A stretch of 64,000 bases of DNA, taken from a virus. The DNA is taken from the IMG/VR virus record IMGVR_UViG_3300038415_000014, positions 64,001-128,000 of that record, one strand, 5' to 3'. Of the stretch, positions 1 to 10,256 are shown piece after piece. The notes under the pieces were generated by a model that saw only the letters and a list, made by a program, of their open reading frames with translations, was not told where the DNA came from and made no database searches. Made by a program: the position numbers and the translations under genes. Position 1 is the first letter of the stretch. Every line of letters starts with the position of its first letter.

Positions 1-285
1 GGTCTGAGCTATCGGGATGAAGTCTTCGTTGAGATCCGAACTTAGCTCCAACGACGAGTGGAACCCCAAGAGCTGGTAGATGGCTGGACCGTAATAGTCA
101 GCCGCTTGCTCTATCTGATTGATGACCCGAGACTGACCCCCTTTGAGTTGTGGGGGCAGTGGATTGGCATTTGAGCTGCCACTACTGACAGGGGCAAATG
201 TCTTCCCCTGAGCCGTCGTAGGATCAGTCGGGGTGTTCCCCCAAAAGTCCAAGTAGCCCTGTGGATTTGCTTCATTCCCTGCCAT
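1..285 (-). CDS. Hypothetical protein, 3'-truncated by window edge (probably baseplate region)
   Basis: Manual translation from ATG at 285 (MAGNEANPQGYLDFWG...) stays open for 95 codons to position 1; starts 10 nt after the stop of 296..1018. Confidence 0.5.
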   Translation of the reverse strand, partial: MAGNEANPQGYLDFWGNTPTDPTTAQGKTFAPVSSGSSNANPLPPQLKGGQSRVINQIEQAADYYGPAIYQLLGFHSSLELSSDLNEDFIPIAQT

Positions 286-295
286 GGTGATGCAC

Positions 296-1018
296 TCAAT
301 CTACGTTAATAGGATTCCCAGGGGTACCAAGAGCCGGCTGAGCCACTGGACTTCCACTCGTAGGATTCAGCGCTCCGACCGTAGACCTGTTCGTGGATTG
401 GAATTGAGCTGTCCTGAAGGGGACCAACTTCGCTGTCTGTGGGATCTGGTGAATGATTCTTTCGACCTTGAAGGTCCACGAGATCTTGAAAGCGAATGGA
501 CTCTCCTCGGTCTCTTCAACCGAGAAGCTCCTAAAAGTTCCGACGTAAGTCCCACGATCGTACATCAAAAGTATCCACCCTTGAAGTACAATGGCCCCAT
601 CAGGGTTGTACAAGCTGCCATTGTTCCTGTAGAGATCATACAGATCCCGGTAGCGATCCCAGGCAATGGTCCTTTGGCGCAGCAACGAAGACAACCCAGT
701 GTAGAGATTGATAAATGCCCCTGTTGACTGTTCGCAAGAGACCTCAGTCAAGTCATCACCCCAATGCCACTCGATGTACCCACCTCGTGAGGGGGCTCTC
801 TCGACCTTCTTGTTGAAGGTCTCATCAAAGCTCGATGGGTTCACATGCATGACTAGTGCATGTGGAAGGAGAGCCTTGTTGATATCAAAGGGTGTGGTAA
901 CTTGGAAAGCTAGTGGGACATAGTGTTGGCGCGTATCTGCCCCATGGACATAGACAGGCTTACCCAACGGTTCAATGGGTGTGAAGTTCGATTGGTTAGC
1001 TGAAGGGATGTAAGCCAT
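296..1018 (-). CDS. Baseplate/tail-tube-initiator-like protein
   Basis: Directly downstream of tape measure (stop/start overlap at 1018). The VNPSSF..K...SRGGYIEWHWGDDL segment resembles tube-fold baseplate proteins of contractile tails. Confidence 0.5.
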   Translation of the reverse strand: MAYIPSANQSNFTPIEPLGKPVYVHGADTRQHYVPLAFQVTTPFDINKALLPHALVMHVNPSSFDETFNKKVERAPSRGGYIEWHWGDDLTEVSCEQSTGAFINLYTGLSSLLRQRTIAWDRYRDLYDLYRNNGSLYNPDGAIVLQGWILLMYDRGTYVGTFRSFSVEETEESPFAFKISWTFKVERIIHQIPQTAKLVPFRTAQFQSTNRSTVGALNPTSGSPVAQPALGTPGNPINVD

Positions 1019-4000
1019 TAGTTGAACTTCTCCCTACGCTTGTACTCGTGGACCCCCTGAGCAACAACACGTTTGAGGTGGTTGGCAAGATCAGACCCAC
1101 CAATACCATCGACATGGAGGTGAATGTCCCCACCACCACCGGCTCCCGCGGGTAGGATTCGCTCCCCACGCCCAATAGAAGTCAGACCCCCACCAGGAGC
1201 TGGGTTGATGTTGGCGAGTCCTCCATTGATCCCAGTGACAACACCTCCAGCGGCATGTCCAACAAGATTAGCCTGATTGTTAGCTTTAGCTTGGTCCTGT
1301 TGCTTCTGGAAGGCATCAGCCATGGTGTTGAGGCCACCAAATCCAGAGTCCTTCATCTTCTTCAGGGTGTCCGCTGGATTCTGTGAGGTGTAGAGCGCGT
1401 ACTCGAACAAGGCTCTCTGAGCACCCTTGTAGATTACCTCCTGATACTCACCCTTAAGCTGGACCTTGTCGAGCTTGATGCCCTTCATCCTCATGGCTTT
1501 CCACAAGTCTTGAAGGCTATTGACCACAGCACCACCTGTGAAGTCGACTTGGTCCATGACCGCATCGTTCATCTTCTGCTCATCAGGTAGTGTGGGTGGG
1601 GTAAAGAAACCACCACCAGCGGGGGTTGCTGTGGCTGCTGGCGATGTAGCTGCCGGAGGGGCAGCAACAGGGACTGCTGCCCCTCCGGTACCAGGGTTCT
1701 CACTCTTGGCTGCAGCTGCTTGTTGACCAGTCGGAGCGGATGCGGGTGACCCACCAATACCCTTCAAACCAGAGGCTTGGTCCATCACCGTGGTCCTACC
1801 GGTGGCCCCGGTGAACCAAAGAGCCATTTTAGAATAGAGATCGGCTTCAGCCTTATCACTTAAGCCCCCAGCTGCTATAGAGGAGCCAACCGACTTTCCA
1901 CTCGCTTGAGCACTCAGTATCCTCTCAGCATCACTACCACCTATGCCAGCTTCCTTAAGTGCGCTGGCCAGATCATCGGCAACCTTCCCTGTCAAAGAAT
2001 CTGCGCTGAAGGCCCCAGCTATACTAGACTTTTGAGCTTCCTTCTTGGCGAGATCGTCCGGGTTAGTAGAGTGAAGTAGGGCGTCAATACCCTTGGCTGT
2101 AGATGAACCTGCTAGAGCCCCCATGTACTTGCCAACATCACCTTGAGAAGTACCCCAAGCAGCGTTAACATCAGCATTCTTTGAGGCTAGGGCTTGCTCT
2201 CTGATGGCTGACTTCTTACCAGACTTGAAACTAAGAGTGTCAGCGATATCCATCATAACACCATAGATTCGGTTGTACAGGGCATCGAAGATCAAGTCTA
2301 GCTTACTGAGCATGTCCTGAGTTCGTTGACCCTGCTGCTCACCCATCTCACGCATAGCTTTGGCGTCTTTTTCAGCTTGAGTCATGTTAGCCTCGGCGTT
2401 TTTATCGTCGAGACTCTTCCACAACTCGTCTTCAGTCATAGACGCGACCTGGTTTTTCAGGTAGTTCTTGTCACTCAGGGCCGCCTTCTCGTCATACTTC
2501 TTTAGCTTCTTCAGGACTGCAATGACGTCTTTACTACTGTCAGGGTCGTCAATCGCCCCCTCCAAGTCGTTCTTCTGCTGCTCTATTGCTCGCTCAATCC
2601 CAACGAAGGCTTCAAGTTGTTCTTCGCCTCCAGCTGCCAAAATCGCTGCTTGATGCCCTCGAACTCCCTGAGTCGAAGCCTCGGTGAACGACTTAGCCCC
2701 ACCTATTCTTAGGCCAGCTTTTTGAGCCTTATAGGCAGCATAACCCCCTGCGGTCTCCGCTGCTTGAGCTGCTCCATAAGCCCCTTGTTTCGATTGTTTA
2801 GCGGCCATTTCCAACTTCTGGAAGGCTTCAATCATCGCCCCAGCACCTTGGATCTTGCCAGCCTTCTCAAGCTTCCTCATGCTCTGGCCACCAACCGTTT
2901 TACCAGACAACAAGGATCGGGCAGACTTCTCATCAAGACCTGTAGCATCAACAACCTTGGACACTAGGTCCTTCAACTGGCCACTGATGTCATCCTGAAT
3001 AGCCTTGATCGCTGCAGGACCCCCAAGAAGCATAGACTTCAAACGATCTTGAATTGACTTTCCTTTGAAGCCCTTAGCGAACTCGGTAAGGAACTTCTGA
3101 GCAGTTCGAGGGCTCATCACCTTCCCCAACTGACCAAGCATCTTGGTGGTCTCTCCAATTCTCACCCCATAGAGGGCAAGGTCCGAGGAAACCCCACGAA
3201 GCATCGCAAAGAACTTGTTCTGAGCAATACCTGAGTCCTCAGCAGCTCGACCAATCATGTCGAACTCTTTGCCTAGATCATTCAACCCAGCGCCCATCTG
3301 CTGCATCATCTCAGCCTGCATCTGGGCGATCTCTTCAACCGAGACACCAAACAAGCGCGAGTACACAATGGACTGCTTGGAGATGTCAGTATAGTGGCCA
3401 AAGCTGACGGTCAACTTCTTCAGAGTTATACCCTCACGCTCCAAGGTATTGATCACCTGTTGGTGATCCTTGGCTGTGGTCCCCATGCTGAGGTTCATTT
3501 GCAAGTCAGTGGTCTCATCACGTAACCTACGTAGAGACTTGTCCAAGTTGTTCATGCCGATTTCTACGTTTTTTCCACCATCGGCATAGGTGTCCCAAGT
3601 AGATGCCCCCTCCAACACGGTACGGTTCATTTCCTTGACCGCGGCATCGGCATCAAGGAATAGCTTTACCAGGGCAAACATGGCGCTCCCCAGCATGGGA
3701 CCAAGCTTGGCTAAGCTACCAAGCAGTGGACCAATTCCCTGCATAGCTTTGCCGATGCCTTTAACAGCACCGCCCATCTTGCCACCCATCTCGCCACCCT
3801 TTGCAGATACCCCAGCACCCTTGGCCATTGCCATCTTGGCGAAGCCTTTAAGAAGGCTCCCGGACACTCTCCCACCAGCCTTAGCTAGTCCGAAGATGTC
3901 CTTCCCAGCCATCGAGCCAACAGCATCCTTGAAGCCCTCGGCTAGCTCGGCCCCCGTCTTGTGGGACTTGATCCCCTCAATGAACTCCTTGGCTTGCCTA

Positions 4001-4515
4001 GCTTGATCCGTACGCTTGTCGAGGTCCGCCGATGCTCCAGAGGATATCAGTTTTCTACCAAAAGCACCCCTCTTCTTGGTATAGTCCCTTTGAGCAAGAC
4101 GAACCAACTTTGAGCTGGACTTCCTCTCTTGCTTGAGTTGCTCCTCTAGAGCCTGCCTCTGCTCTTTGTCAGAAGTCTTACGTAGCTTTCGCTCTAGTTT
4201 CTGAATCTTCAGGTGCTCCCTTGTCACAGTCTGAGTGAGGCCCTTGTAGGACTTACCCATGTCATGGAAGTCCTTGTCGAACTTCTTCCGCTGTTTAGGG
4301 GACATCGAAAAGGATATGGCTCTGAGGGTACTCCTTGAATGGACTAGTTGCTTGTTGAAGTCACGGAGTGACTTCGAGTCGAAGGCCTTGATTTGAAGCT
4401 TGCTACTGACAGTTTTCCTCAGCTGCTTGTCGATCTTGGAGATCGCGCCCATCGCCCTTCGAGTCTCAAGCTCGATATTGAACGCTAGCTCAATATTCTC
4501 GCGATCAGTAGCCAC
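1018..4515 (-). CDS. Tail tape measure protein (1165 aa)
   Basis: Long Ala/Gly/Lys-rich helical protein with a hydrophobic segment (PLLGSLAKLGPMLGSAMFALVKLF). Follows tube and chaperones; GTG start with AGGAG SD. Confidence 0.8.
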   Translation of the reverse strand: MATDRENIELAFNIELETRRAMGAISKIDKQLRKTVSSKLQIKAFDSKSLRDFNKQLVHSRSTLRAISFSMSPKQRKKFDKDFHDMGKSYKGLTQTVTREHLKIQKLERKLRKTSDKEQRQALEEQLKQERKSSSKLVRLAQRDYTKKRGAFGRKLISSGASADLDKRTDQARQAKEFIEGIKSHKTGAELAEGFKDAVGSMAGKDIFGLAKAGGRVSGSLLKGFAKMAMAKGAGVSAKGGEMGGKMGGAVKGIGKAMQGIGPLLGSLAKLGPMLGSAMFALVKLFLDADAAVKEMNRTVLEGASTWDTYADGGKNVEIGMNNLDKSLRRLRDETTDLQMNLSMGTTAKDHQQVINTLEREGITLKKLTVSFGHYTDISKQSIVYSRLFGVSVEEIAQMQAEMMQQMGAGLNDLGKEFDMIGRAAEDSGIAQNKFFAMLRGVSSDLALYGVRIGETTKMLGQLGKVMSPRTAQKFLTEFAKGFKGKSIQDRLKSMLLGGPAAIKAIQDDISGQLKDLVSKVVDATGLDEKSARSLLSGKTVGGQSMRKLEKAGKIQGAGAMIEAFQKLEMAAKQSKQGAYGAAQAAETAGGYAAYKAQKAGLRIGGAKSFTEASTQGVRGHQAAILAAGGEEQLEAFVGIERAIEQQKNDLEGAIDDPDSSKDVIAVLKKLKKYDEKAALSDKNYLKNQVASMTEDELWKSLDDKNAEANMTQAEKDAKAMREMGEQQGQRTQDMLSKLDLIFDALYNRIYGVMMDIADTLSFKSGKKSAIREQALASKNADVNAAWGTSQGDVGKYMGALAGSSTAKGIDALLHSTNPDDLAKKEAQKSSIAGAFSADSLTGKVADDLASALKEAGIGGSDAERILSAQASGKSVGSSIAAGGLSDKAEADLYSKMALWFTGATGRTTVMDQASGLKGIGGSPASAPTGQQAAAAKSENPGTGGAAVPVAAPPAATSPAATATPAGGGFFTPPTLPDEQKMNDAVMDQVDFTGGAVVNSLQDLWKAMRMKGIKLDKVQLKGEYQEVIYKGAQRALFEYALYTSQNPADTLKKMKDSGFGGLNTMADAFQKQQDQAKANNQANLVGHAAGGVVTGINGGLANINPAPGGGLTSIGRGERILPAGAGGGGDIHLHVDGIGGSDLANHLKRVVAQGVHEYKRREKFN

Positions 4516-4518
4516 AGG

Positions 4519-5817
4519 TTATCTCCTAAACGGGGTTGCAGTAGGGCGAGGCGGGGGTAGAACCCTAATCTCAGAGGGGTCACGGGTGGTAGTACCCACC
4601 CCAGACGTTTGATAAGTGTTGTCACCTTGGTCCACATACTTGTTCAGGAAAGTCTCTAACCTCTCGTCAACCATCTCAGGGTAAACGATTCGCGAGGCGG
4701 CCGCTTGAGCGTTCAGTTGCTTCTTCCGCTTAACACGCTCCTCAACCTCGCTCTTGGTCAGACCCTGCATGTTGGTATCGGTCACATACGGGAGTGTGTT
4801 GTCCTTTCTCTTTTCCTCGTAAAGGGTCTTGAGCTTCTGCTGCCGTTCCTGTATCTGATCCCGTCTTCGTTGTTCTTCACGTGCAACAACCTCATCATGC
4901 CAATCGCGCTCCCCACGAAGGCTCTGCTCAAGCTGGGATGCCAACTCGTCTGAGGTTCGGGCTACCTTCAGGAAGTACCTTCCCTGTGTCTCAGCCTCTT
5001 CAGGGCTCTCATGAAGCAGCACTTGGCGGATGATCTTATCGCGCCTTTGAACTTTCTCCTCACGTTCCTTGACCCGTCGCTCCCTATCCTGGTTGTAGAT
5101 CTTGCGGATCTCTTTCCCAGCAAAGCATGAGCCAGTGAACTTAGCATTATCCCACTCACGCTCTGCTAAGTCTTTCAAGTCTTCATACTTATTGAGAGCT
5201 CTCCAAACGAGTTGTGCATAGTTTAGGCCAAGAATTTGAGTACCTGAAATTCCAGTACATGATGGGGACATCAAGTCTAGCCCGTCAAATTGCTTCCAAC
5301 GGTACCTGGAGTAACTCTCGACTTGGTAGGCTTCCGTGAGAGTCACAGCGTTCGAGGCTTTCTGGTTCACCTCGGACAAGTATTGGGTGATCTTGCTCTT
5401 GGCCCCTGCGGGGAGGGCAGCAAACATGTCTTCGAGCTGGGGTACCCATACATCCCTATCAGCAAGAATATTCTGCCCGTCGATCATGAACACTCCGTAG
5501 GCCATGAAGGCGCGGTAGTAGCGATCAATCGATTTCCCAGTGATGTCCCCTACGGGGCCTGACACCCACTGCAGGTACTCGAATTCCTTGTGATTAATCG
5601 ACTTGAAGACGAACTGGACACCATTGATGGTAGCTGGGAGGACGAGGAACCCCCTGAAGAGCAGACTCTCCACGTCACGGTAGATCCTAGGGTCTACCTC
5701 GGGTTCTTTCGGAGCAGTGATCCGAATGTTTTCGGGATCAACCTCTTCTGAGGCGACGGCTTCCTCGGCCCCCTCCACAAGTTGATTGATCCTGTCGTTG
5801 ATGGAGAGGTAACGCAT
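4519..5817 (-). CDS. Tail assembly chaperone-like protein 2
   Basis: Immediately before tape measure. N-terminal INGVQFVFKSI..KEF segment parallels IDGCEVVLRSL.PDEY of the upstream gene. Confidence 0.5.
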   Translation of the reverse strand: MRYLSINDRINQLVEGAEEAVASEEVDPENIRITAPKEPEVDPRIYRDVESLLFRGFLVLPATINGVQFVFKSINHKEFEYLQWVSGPVGDITGKSIDRYYRAFMAYGVFMIDGQNILADRDVWVPQLEDMFAALPAGAKSKITQYLSEVNQKASNAVTLTEAYQVESYSRYRWKQFDGLDLMSPSCTGISGTQILGLNYAQLVWRALNKYEDLKDLAEREWDNAKFTGSCFAGKEIRKIYNQDRERRVKEREEKVQRRDKIIRQVLLHESPEEAETQGRYFLKVARTSDELASQLEQSLRGERDWHDEVVAREEQRRRDQIQERQQKLKTLYEEKRKDNTLPYVTDTNMQGLTKSEVEERVKRKKQLNAQAAASRIVYPEMVDERLETFLNKYVDQGDNTYQTSGVGTTTRDPSEIRVLPPPRPTATPFRR

Positions 5818-5820
5818 GGA

Positions 5821-6897
5821 TCAAACCCTCGGGGGTGATCGGTACCTTGGATTAACCCCCCCTACTGGTTTTCTATCCAAGATAGCCCCAAGGCTATTGG
5901 GGTCAGGTCTAGCTTGGCCACTTTGCACAGCAGGAGACGAGATAGGCATCCCAGGAACTGACTCGGCTACCCTAGTCGAACTCTGGACACTACGACCCCC
6001 ACTAGCGACTGGGTCCGCCTCCAGCGCTTCCAGCTCGCGCGACCTACGCATCACATCAGGTGACAATGGGATTGCGGGGGCTGCTGGCCTGACTACAACT
6101 TCTTCAGAAGGGGCTGCTCGGGTCACCGGTGGTGTTACTGGGACCGGTACACTGACCGGCATTTGATTCAAGGGGACTCTGGGCGGTCTCTGAGCTGAAG
6201 ACGAATCATAGTCCGCAACCTGAGCTGAGTACGTCTGGAGTGGCGCTACGGGACTCTCAGAGGAGGTTTCTGGGGCCACCCTCGATAGCCGCTGATCTAC
6301 CGACTCAAGTTCCTCTTTCGAACTTCTTGACAGATAGCCTGCGTCATTGAGCATTCTGCCTGCCAGCTCAAAGGGTATCTGCCCTTCAAGTTCCTTGACC
6401 TCTAAGAGCAAGCGTCGGAACTTGTCCTCTGGGGTCTCATCTGGGAGTCGGAACTCAATTCCATCAATAGCCAAGGCTTCAGCCTTGTCGAGTACGTCCC
6501 CAAACTTACGAAACGCAGTATCGATTGCCGGAATGGACCAAGATCTCAGGATGTAGTCAGCTACGAACTTATGCCGTTCGATAGCGATGGGCCTGAGCTG
6601 CTTGACACCATCTACCTCTTCTTCGCTCTCGACCTCGACGAAGTCATACTCTCGAAGACTCTCGCCATTGATCTCTATCAGAGATCGACACAGATGTCCC
6701 TCCCTGTAAGCCTTGGCGTAAGCCGCGTCTTCAAGGTCCGCGATCTCATCCAAGATGGCTTGATACTCGTCAGGCTGTAGGCTACGCAGTACGACTTCAC
6801 AACCGTCTATCGTGAACTTCTCTTCTGCTTCACCTACTCGCTGAGCCTTCTGAATCGCATCTTGAATCTTAGTTGCTTTTAGTCTTTTCGTTGCCAT
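5821..6897 (-). CDS. Tail assembly chaperone-like protein 1
   Basis: Lies between tube and tape measure; FTIDGCEVVLRSLQPDEY is a chaperone-like start; GAGG SD; Pro-rich C-terminal half. Confidence 0.55.
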   Translation of the reverse strand: MATKRLKATKIQDAIQKAQRVGEAEEKFTIDGCEVVLRSLQPDEYQAILDEIADLEDAAYAKAYREGHLCRSLIEINGESLREYDFVEVESEEEVDGVKQLRPIAIERHKFVADYILRSWSIPAIDTAFRKFGDVLDKAEALAIDGIEFRLPDETPEDKFRRLLLEVKELEGQIPFELAGRMLNDAGYLSRSSKEELESVDQRLSRVAPETSSESPVAPLQTYSAQVADYDSSSAQRPPRVPLNQMPVSVPVPVTPPVTRAAPSEEVVVRPAAPAIPLSPDVMRRSRELEALEADPVASGGRSVQSSTRVAESVPGMPISSPAVQSGQARPDPNSLGAILDRKPVGGVNPRYRSPPRV

Positions 6898-6953
6898 TCT
6901 CGCACCTCAATTGGTGTGAGAAGGACTGAGCGGGAGAACGGGGAAAAGTAATT

Positions 6954-7053
6954 TACATCTACATCCCAGCTAGAACTTATGATCTAGGCTCCACAAGTGG
7001 AGATTGGGTCAAAACTGATCTGAATCTAATCTGATTTTACTACATCTACATCC
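6954..7053. repeat. 13-bp direct repeat TACATCTACATCC (two copies) in the tube-chaperone intergenic region
   Basis: Copies at 6954-6966 and 7041-7053; the 10-bp core CATCTACATC recurs at 52517-52526. Confidence 0.7.
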
Positions 7054-7114
7054 GTGTCCGCTGGTCCATCTCATCTATGCCTCGGAGATAACCATGTCTC
7101 AGAACCAAGCTATA

Positions 7115-7843
7115 TTACGGGAGCTGTCCAGTTATCGGCTGCGCTCCACCTGCAAACCTGAGAGAGTACCCAGCGCCGGCAGTACCACCACCACCTGGGG
7201 ACAGACCGGTGTCGATGAACTCTCCGTAGTTGGAGACTCCGTCGATGATGTCGGTCACTGTAACCGAGCTGTTCTCAGCCACGATAGAAGCGTCTGATGT
7301 GTAAGATACCGAGAAGCTGTTGAGCCAGCAACCCTCAAAGAACGTGAAAAGAGCCTTGATATCGTTGGTGTACATGTTGTTCACACCAGCGGGCTGAGTT
7401 GTTGCGTCCTTGGTCGCAATTGGGAGTCCAACGATGTCCTCTTTTGAGGAGAGCTCGCTGAACACGATCTCTTGCTTGATATCGAATGGCCATCGGTGAT
7501 GGCGCAACGACCTTGCAAGCCCTTCAACACCACCCTTGTACCCGAGTACTTGGAAAATGTTGACCGTGTACATCAAGGTACGATTCAAGGTCAGCGTCAT
7601 CGGCTCGGTGACACCAGGGACGAGTTCGGAGACCATGTCCCCGAAACCAACCCCACGCACCGGGTCAATTGTACGAGACTCGTCAAGACCAAATTCAGAG
7701 ACAGCACCTATCTGCTGAAACTTGTTCTTGCCGACCATGTAACCGTACACCTTATTTTTCTGCGATACTACGTACCGAGTGTTCGGAGCCGTCCCTTGCC
7801 TGTAAATGTAGGTATCGAGGTCACGCGGAGATCCCATGATCAA
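7115..7843 (-). CDS. Tail tube protein
   Basis: Tube-like motifs (FQQIGAVSEF..DESRTI, MTLTLNR, TFFEGCWLNSFSVSY); upstream of chaperones and tape measure. True start is probably the ATG at 7837 after a GGAG SD. Confidence 0.7.
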   Translation of the reverse strand: MIMGSPRDLDTYIYRQGTAPNTRYVVSQKNKVYGYMVGKNKFQQIGAVSEFGLDESRTIDPVRGVGFGDMVSELVPGVTEPMTLTLNRTLMYTVNIFQVLGYKGGVEGLARSLRHHRWPFDIKQEIVFSELSSKEDIVGLPIATKDATTQPAGVNNMYTNDIKALFTFFEGCWLNSFSVSYTSDASIVAENSSVTVTDIIDGVSNYGEFIDTGLSPGGGGTAGAGYSLRFAGGAQPITGQLP

Positions 7844-8568
7844 ACTCCAATTCCATTTAGGTTAGACTGAATCCCTTGGATCACAAACTTGAAGAACGAA
7901 GGGTCCTTTGCCCCTTTCTTGGAGTTGCATGAACTACAAGAGGGGACGACATTCTCTTTTGAGTGGGGTCCACCCTTAGAGATTGGGATAACATGATCCA
8001 TGGTCAGCTTAGCGTCAGACCTTCCACAGTAGGCGCAACTATGGTTGAACTCTGATAGAACGGACAACCATTCTTCAGTTGTAAGAGTATTCGTAACTTT
8101 AGCTAGATCAGCTCGCCTCTTCTGCCACCAACCAGGATTTCTGAGCCTCCAAGATTTGACCTTCTCAGTCACCGCTTCTGGGTTCTTACTCTCCCAACGT
8201 GAGCAGATAACCCTCCACTCTTCTGAGTGACTTTTAACCCAACTCAAGAAGTTCTTGTAGGCTCTCTCCCTGTTGGCGTAATACCAAGCTGACGCTCGGT
8301 CTCTAGCAGCCTGTTTCTGATCTTCTGTTCTAGAAGTAACCGCCCAAGACTCCCTTTTCTTACGATTCAAGTCAGTTCTACGAGGGGTTGCATACAGTTT
8401 CTGCAAGTCAGCGCAGCACTTCCTACATGCCGCCTTCTTTCCAAACTTACCTCTTGCTTGATCACCAAATTCCCCGAGCATCTTGAGGTCTCCGCACTCT
8501 GAACATACCTTTCCACCCCCAAGCGGTACTTGAGTCTCGGCAGCTTGGAGAATGGTTCTCTGGAGCAT
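7840..8568 (-). CDS. HNH homing endonuclease with N-terminal zinc finger
   Basis: CAYCG...LTMDHVIPISKGGPHSKENVVPSCSSCNSKK is a canonical HNH motif; N-terminal CSEC/CRKC. Confidence 0.9.
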   Translation of the reverse strand: MLQRTILQAAETQVPLGGGKVCSECGDLKMLGEFGDQARGKFGKKAACRKCCADLQKLYATPRRTDLNRKKRESWAVTSRTEDQKQAARDRASAWYYANRERAYKNFLSWVKSHSEEWRVICSRWESKNPEAVTEKVKSWRLRNPGWWQKRRADLAKVTNTLTTEEWLSVLSEFNHSCAYCGRSDAKLTMDHVIPISKGGPHSKENVVPSCSSCNSKKGAKDPSFFKFVIQGIQSNLNGIGV

Positions 8569-10046
8569 TAGGAGAAGTGAGTTTGGATCTTGTCAACCAT
8601 CCCAGACAGCTTACGTAGAGCTACGCTGAGAGATGGATCATCAAGGCTTGATGCCTCGATGAGGGTCGCCAATCTTGAGGCTATGATGTTCAAGTCTTTC
8701 TTGGCAATCTCGCCACCCTTCTTCGAACTTGCTTCGACGGTTCTCAGGGTAGACTCAACCTTGGACATCACTGAGTCAGCAATAGCCTCATTGATGAATG
8801 GGACATCCGCGGCAGCCAGCTTGTAATAGGTGTTGTTCTTGCTCTGATCCTTGCCAGCATAGGGATTCTCGACCTTCGTCGTCTTGGCAACCTCCTCAGA
8901 GGTACCTTCAACAGGGGCCGTACCCACATCAGCCTCGTCGGCTAACTTGTAGTAGGTGTCATTGTCGCTCAAGGGCTTGCCCTTGTACGGGTCATCAACC
9001 CCAGTAGCCTGAGCAACTGCAGGAGCAGGTCCAGAAACCTCCCCATCACCCTCAGCAGCCGTCTTGGTCTTCAGATCCCCATACTCACCATTACGGATGA
9101 CTTCCTCATATCTCTTCGCTAAACGATCAGCTAATGCTTTCTTGAGTTCCATGGGAAACATAGTCCTTGGGTTGGCTGAGAATTCACGTACATAGGCCTT
9201 GACCCCATCCTCAACCCAGTACATCCAGGCTTGAGGAGCCCTATCTGAGTTGTAATCACCAGACTCCATCTTCTTCTTCAGGTTGTTGATGACGGTCATT
9301 TTCTTGGAGTGCAACGAGCTCGTGTTCTCCATGAACAGTTCGAGGTCTTCAAGAACATCCTCGTCTACAGCCGCCTTAAGAGTCTTGCCAGCTACCTCCA
9401 TGAAAAGGTCGGAGGCAGTCGTGTGGAAGGTGGTTAGATCAGCCTCAGTGGCGCAACCGCAACCCTCAACCTTGGTTAGAGTTTCTTCAAGACTTGCCAG
9501 CTTGAAATAGAAGGCATGGTTGTCACTCTGCCCCTTGGGTTCCTTGCCAAGCTCTGACACAAGACGCTTCAAGGACTCAATTGAACCTTGAATCTGATCA
9601 TTGCTCTGAGAACCAGCGGCATGTTCTTTAGCTGTCTGCTCAATCAGAGCGATCTGACTTTCGAGCTCAGCAATCTGAGCTTTAATCGCTTCAGATTGAG
9701 TCTTTTCTGGGTCCATACTAGCGCCTTTACTTGGTTGCAGAGTCCCAGCAAGCGGGGCAATCACTGAAACAGTTGGGATAAACGGATCATCATAAGCCGC
9801 CCATCGTGCTCGCTTTGGTTTCAACATGTCCTCCAAAGCTGAGAGATCCACAGATATGATGGCCTGTTTGCTCTTGAGAAATGCATCAAGCGCACTTCGG
9901 CATTGGTATGATCCGCGTACTAGTGACGATACCAACTTGAGGACAGAAACAGACCCAAGATTGACCCTTCTTCCATCAGGAAGGTCAACATAATCTCGGA
10001 AACCATCAGTAGCTACTGTGACTAGGGATTGTTGAGGCATCTTCAT
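8568..10046 (-). CDS. Hypothetical modular protein, possibly capsid-internal
   Basis: Long ORF (the track starts at TTG 10094; ATG at 10046 or 10040 is more likely). Three related xN.xxYYKLA motifs. Confidence 0.75.
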   Translation of the reverse strand: MKMPQQSLVTVATDGFRDYVDLPDGRRVNLGSVSVLKLVSSLVRGSYQCRSALDAFLKSKQAIISVDLSALEDMLKPKRARWAAYDDPFIPTVSVIAPLAGTLQPSKGASMDPEKTQSEAIKAQIAELESQIALIEQTAKEHAAGSQSNDQIQGSIESLKRLVSELGKEPKGQSDNHAFYFKLASLEETLTKVEGCGCATEADLTTFHTTASDLFMEVAGKTLKAAVDEDVLEDLELFMENTSSLHSKKMTVINNLKKKMESGDYNSDRAPQAWMYWVEDGVKAYVREFSANPRTMFPMELKKALADRLAKRYEEVIRNGEYGDLKTKTAAEGDGEVSGPAPAVAQATGVDDPYKGKPLSDNDTYYKLADEADVGTAPVEGTSEEVAKTTKVENPYAGKDQSKNNTYYKLAAADVPFINEAIADSVMSKVESTLRTVEASSKKGGEIAKKDLNIIASRLATLIEASSLDDPSLSVALRKLSGMVDKIQTHFS

Positions 10047-10096
10047 CCAAGCGCGAGTACTCAGGACCCAACTACACTTGGCGGATAACAACAAGA

Positions 10097-10246
10097 TTAC
10101 TCAAGCTCTAACTCTTCCCAGTCAGGTGGCGGGCATGGGATCGTATCGCTGGCAGAGTCTGGTTCAAGGTCAGCGTCATACTCGACAAGGGTGAAGTCCA
10201 AAGCCCTGGTGGTATCTGATGTAGTATCTTTAGTGATAAGACACAT
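10097..10246 (-). CDS. Small acidic protein (49 aa), below ORF-track cutoff
   Basis: MCLITKDTTSDTTRALDFTLVEYDADLEPDSASDTIPCPPPDWEELELE fills the gap in the operon direction; SD is weak. Confidence 0.35.
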   Translation of the reverse strand: MCLITKDTTSDTTRALDFTLVEYDADLEPDSASDTIPCPPPDWEELELE

Positions 10247-10256
10247 TGGTCACTAA

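Noticed and set aside
111-299. 62-aa track ORF at the left end
   Set aside because: A different frame starting at ATG 285 stays open to the window edge and fits the operon better.
5851-5870. G7 run near the end of chaperone 1 as a programmed frameshift
   Set aside because: The downstream gene is in the same frame; the -1 frame meets TAA at once and the +1 frame does not join it.
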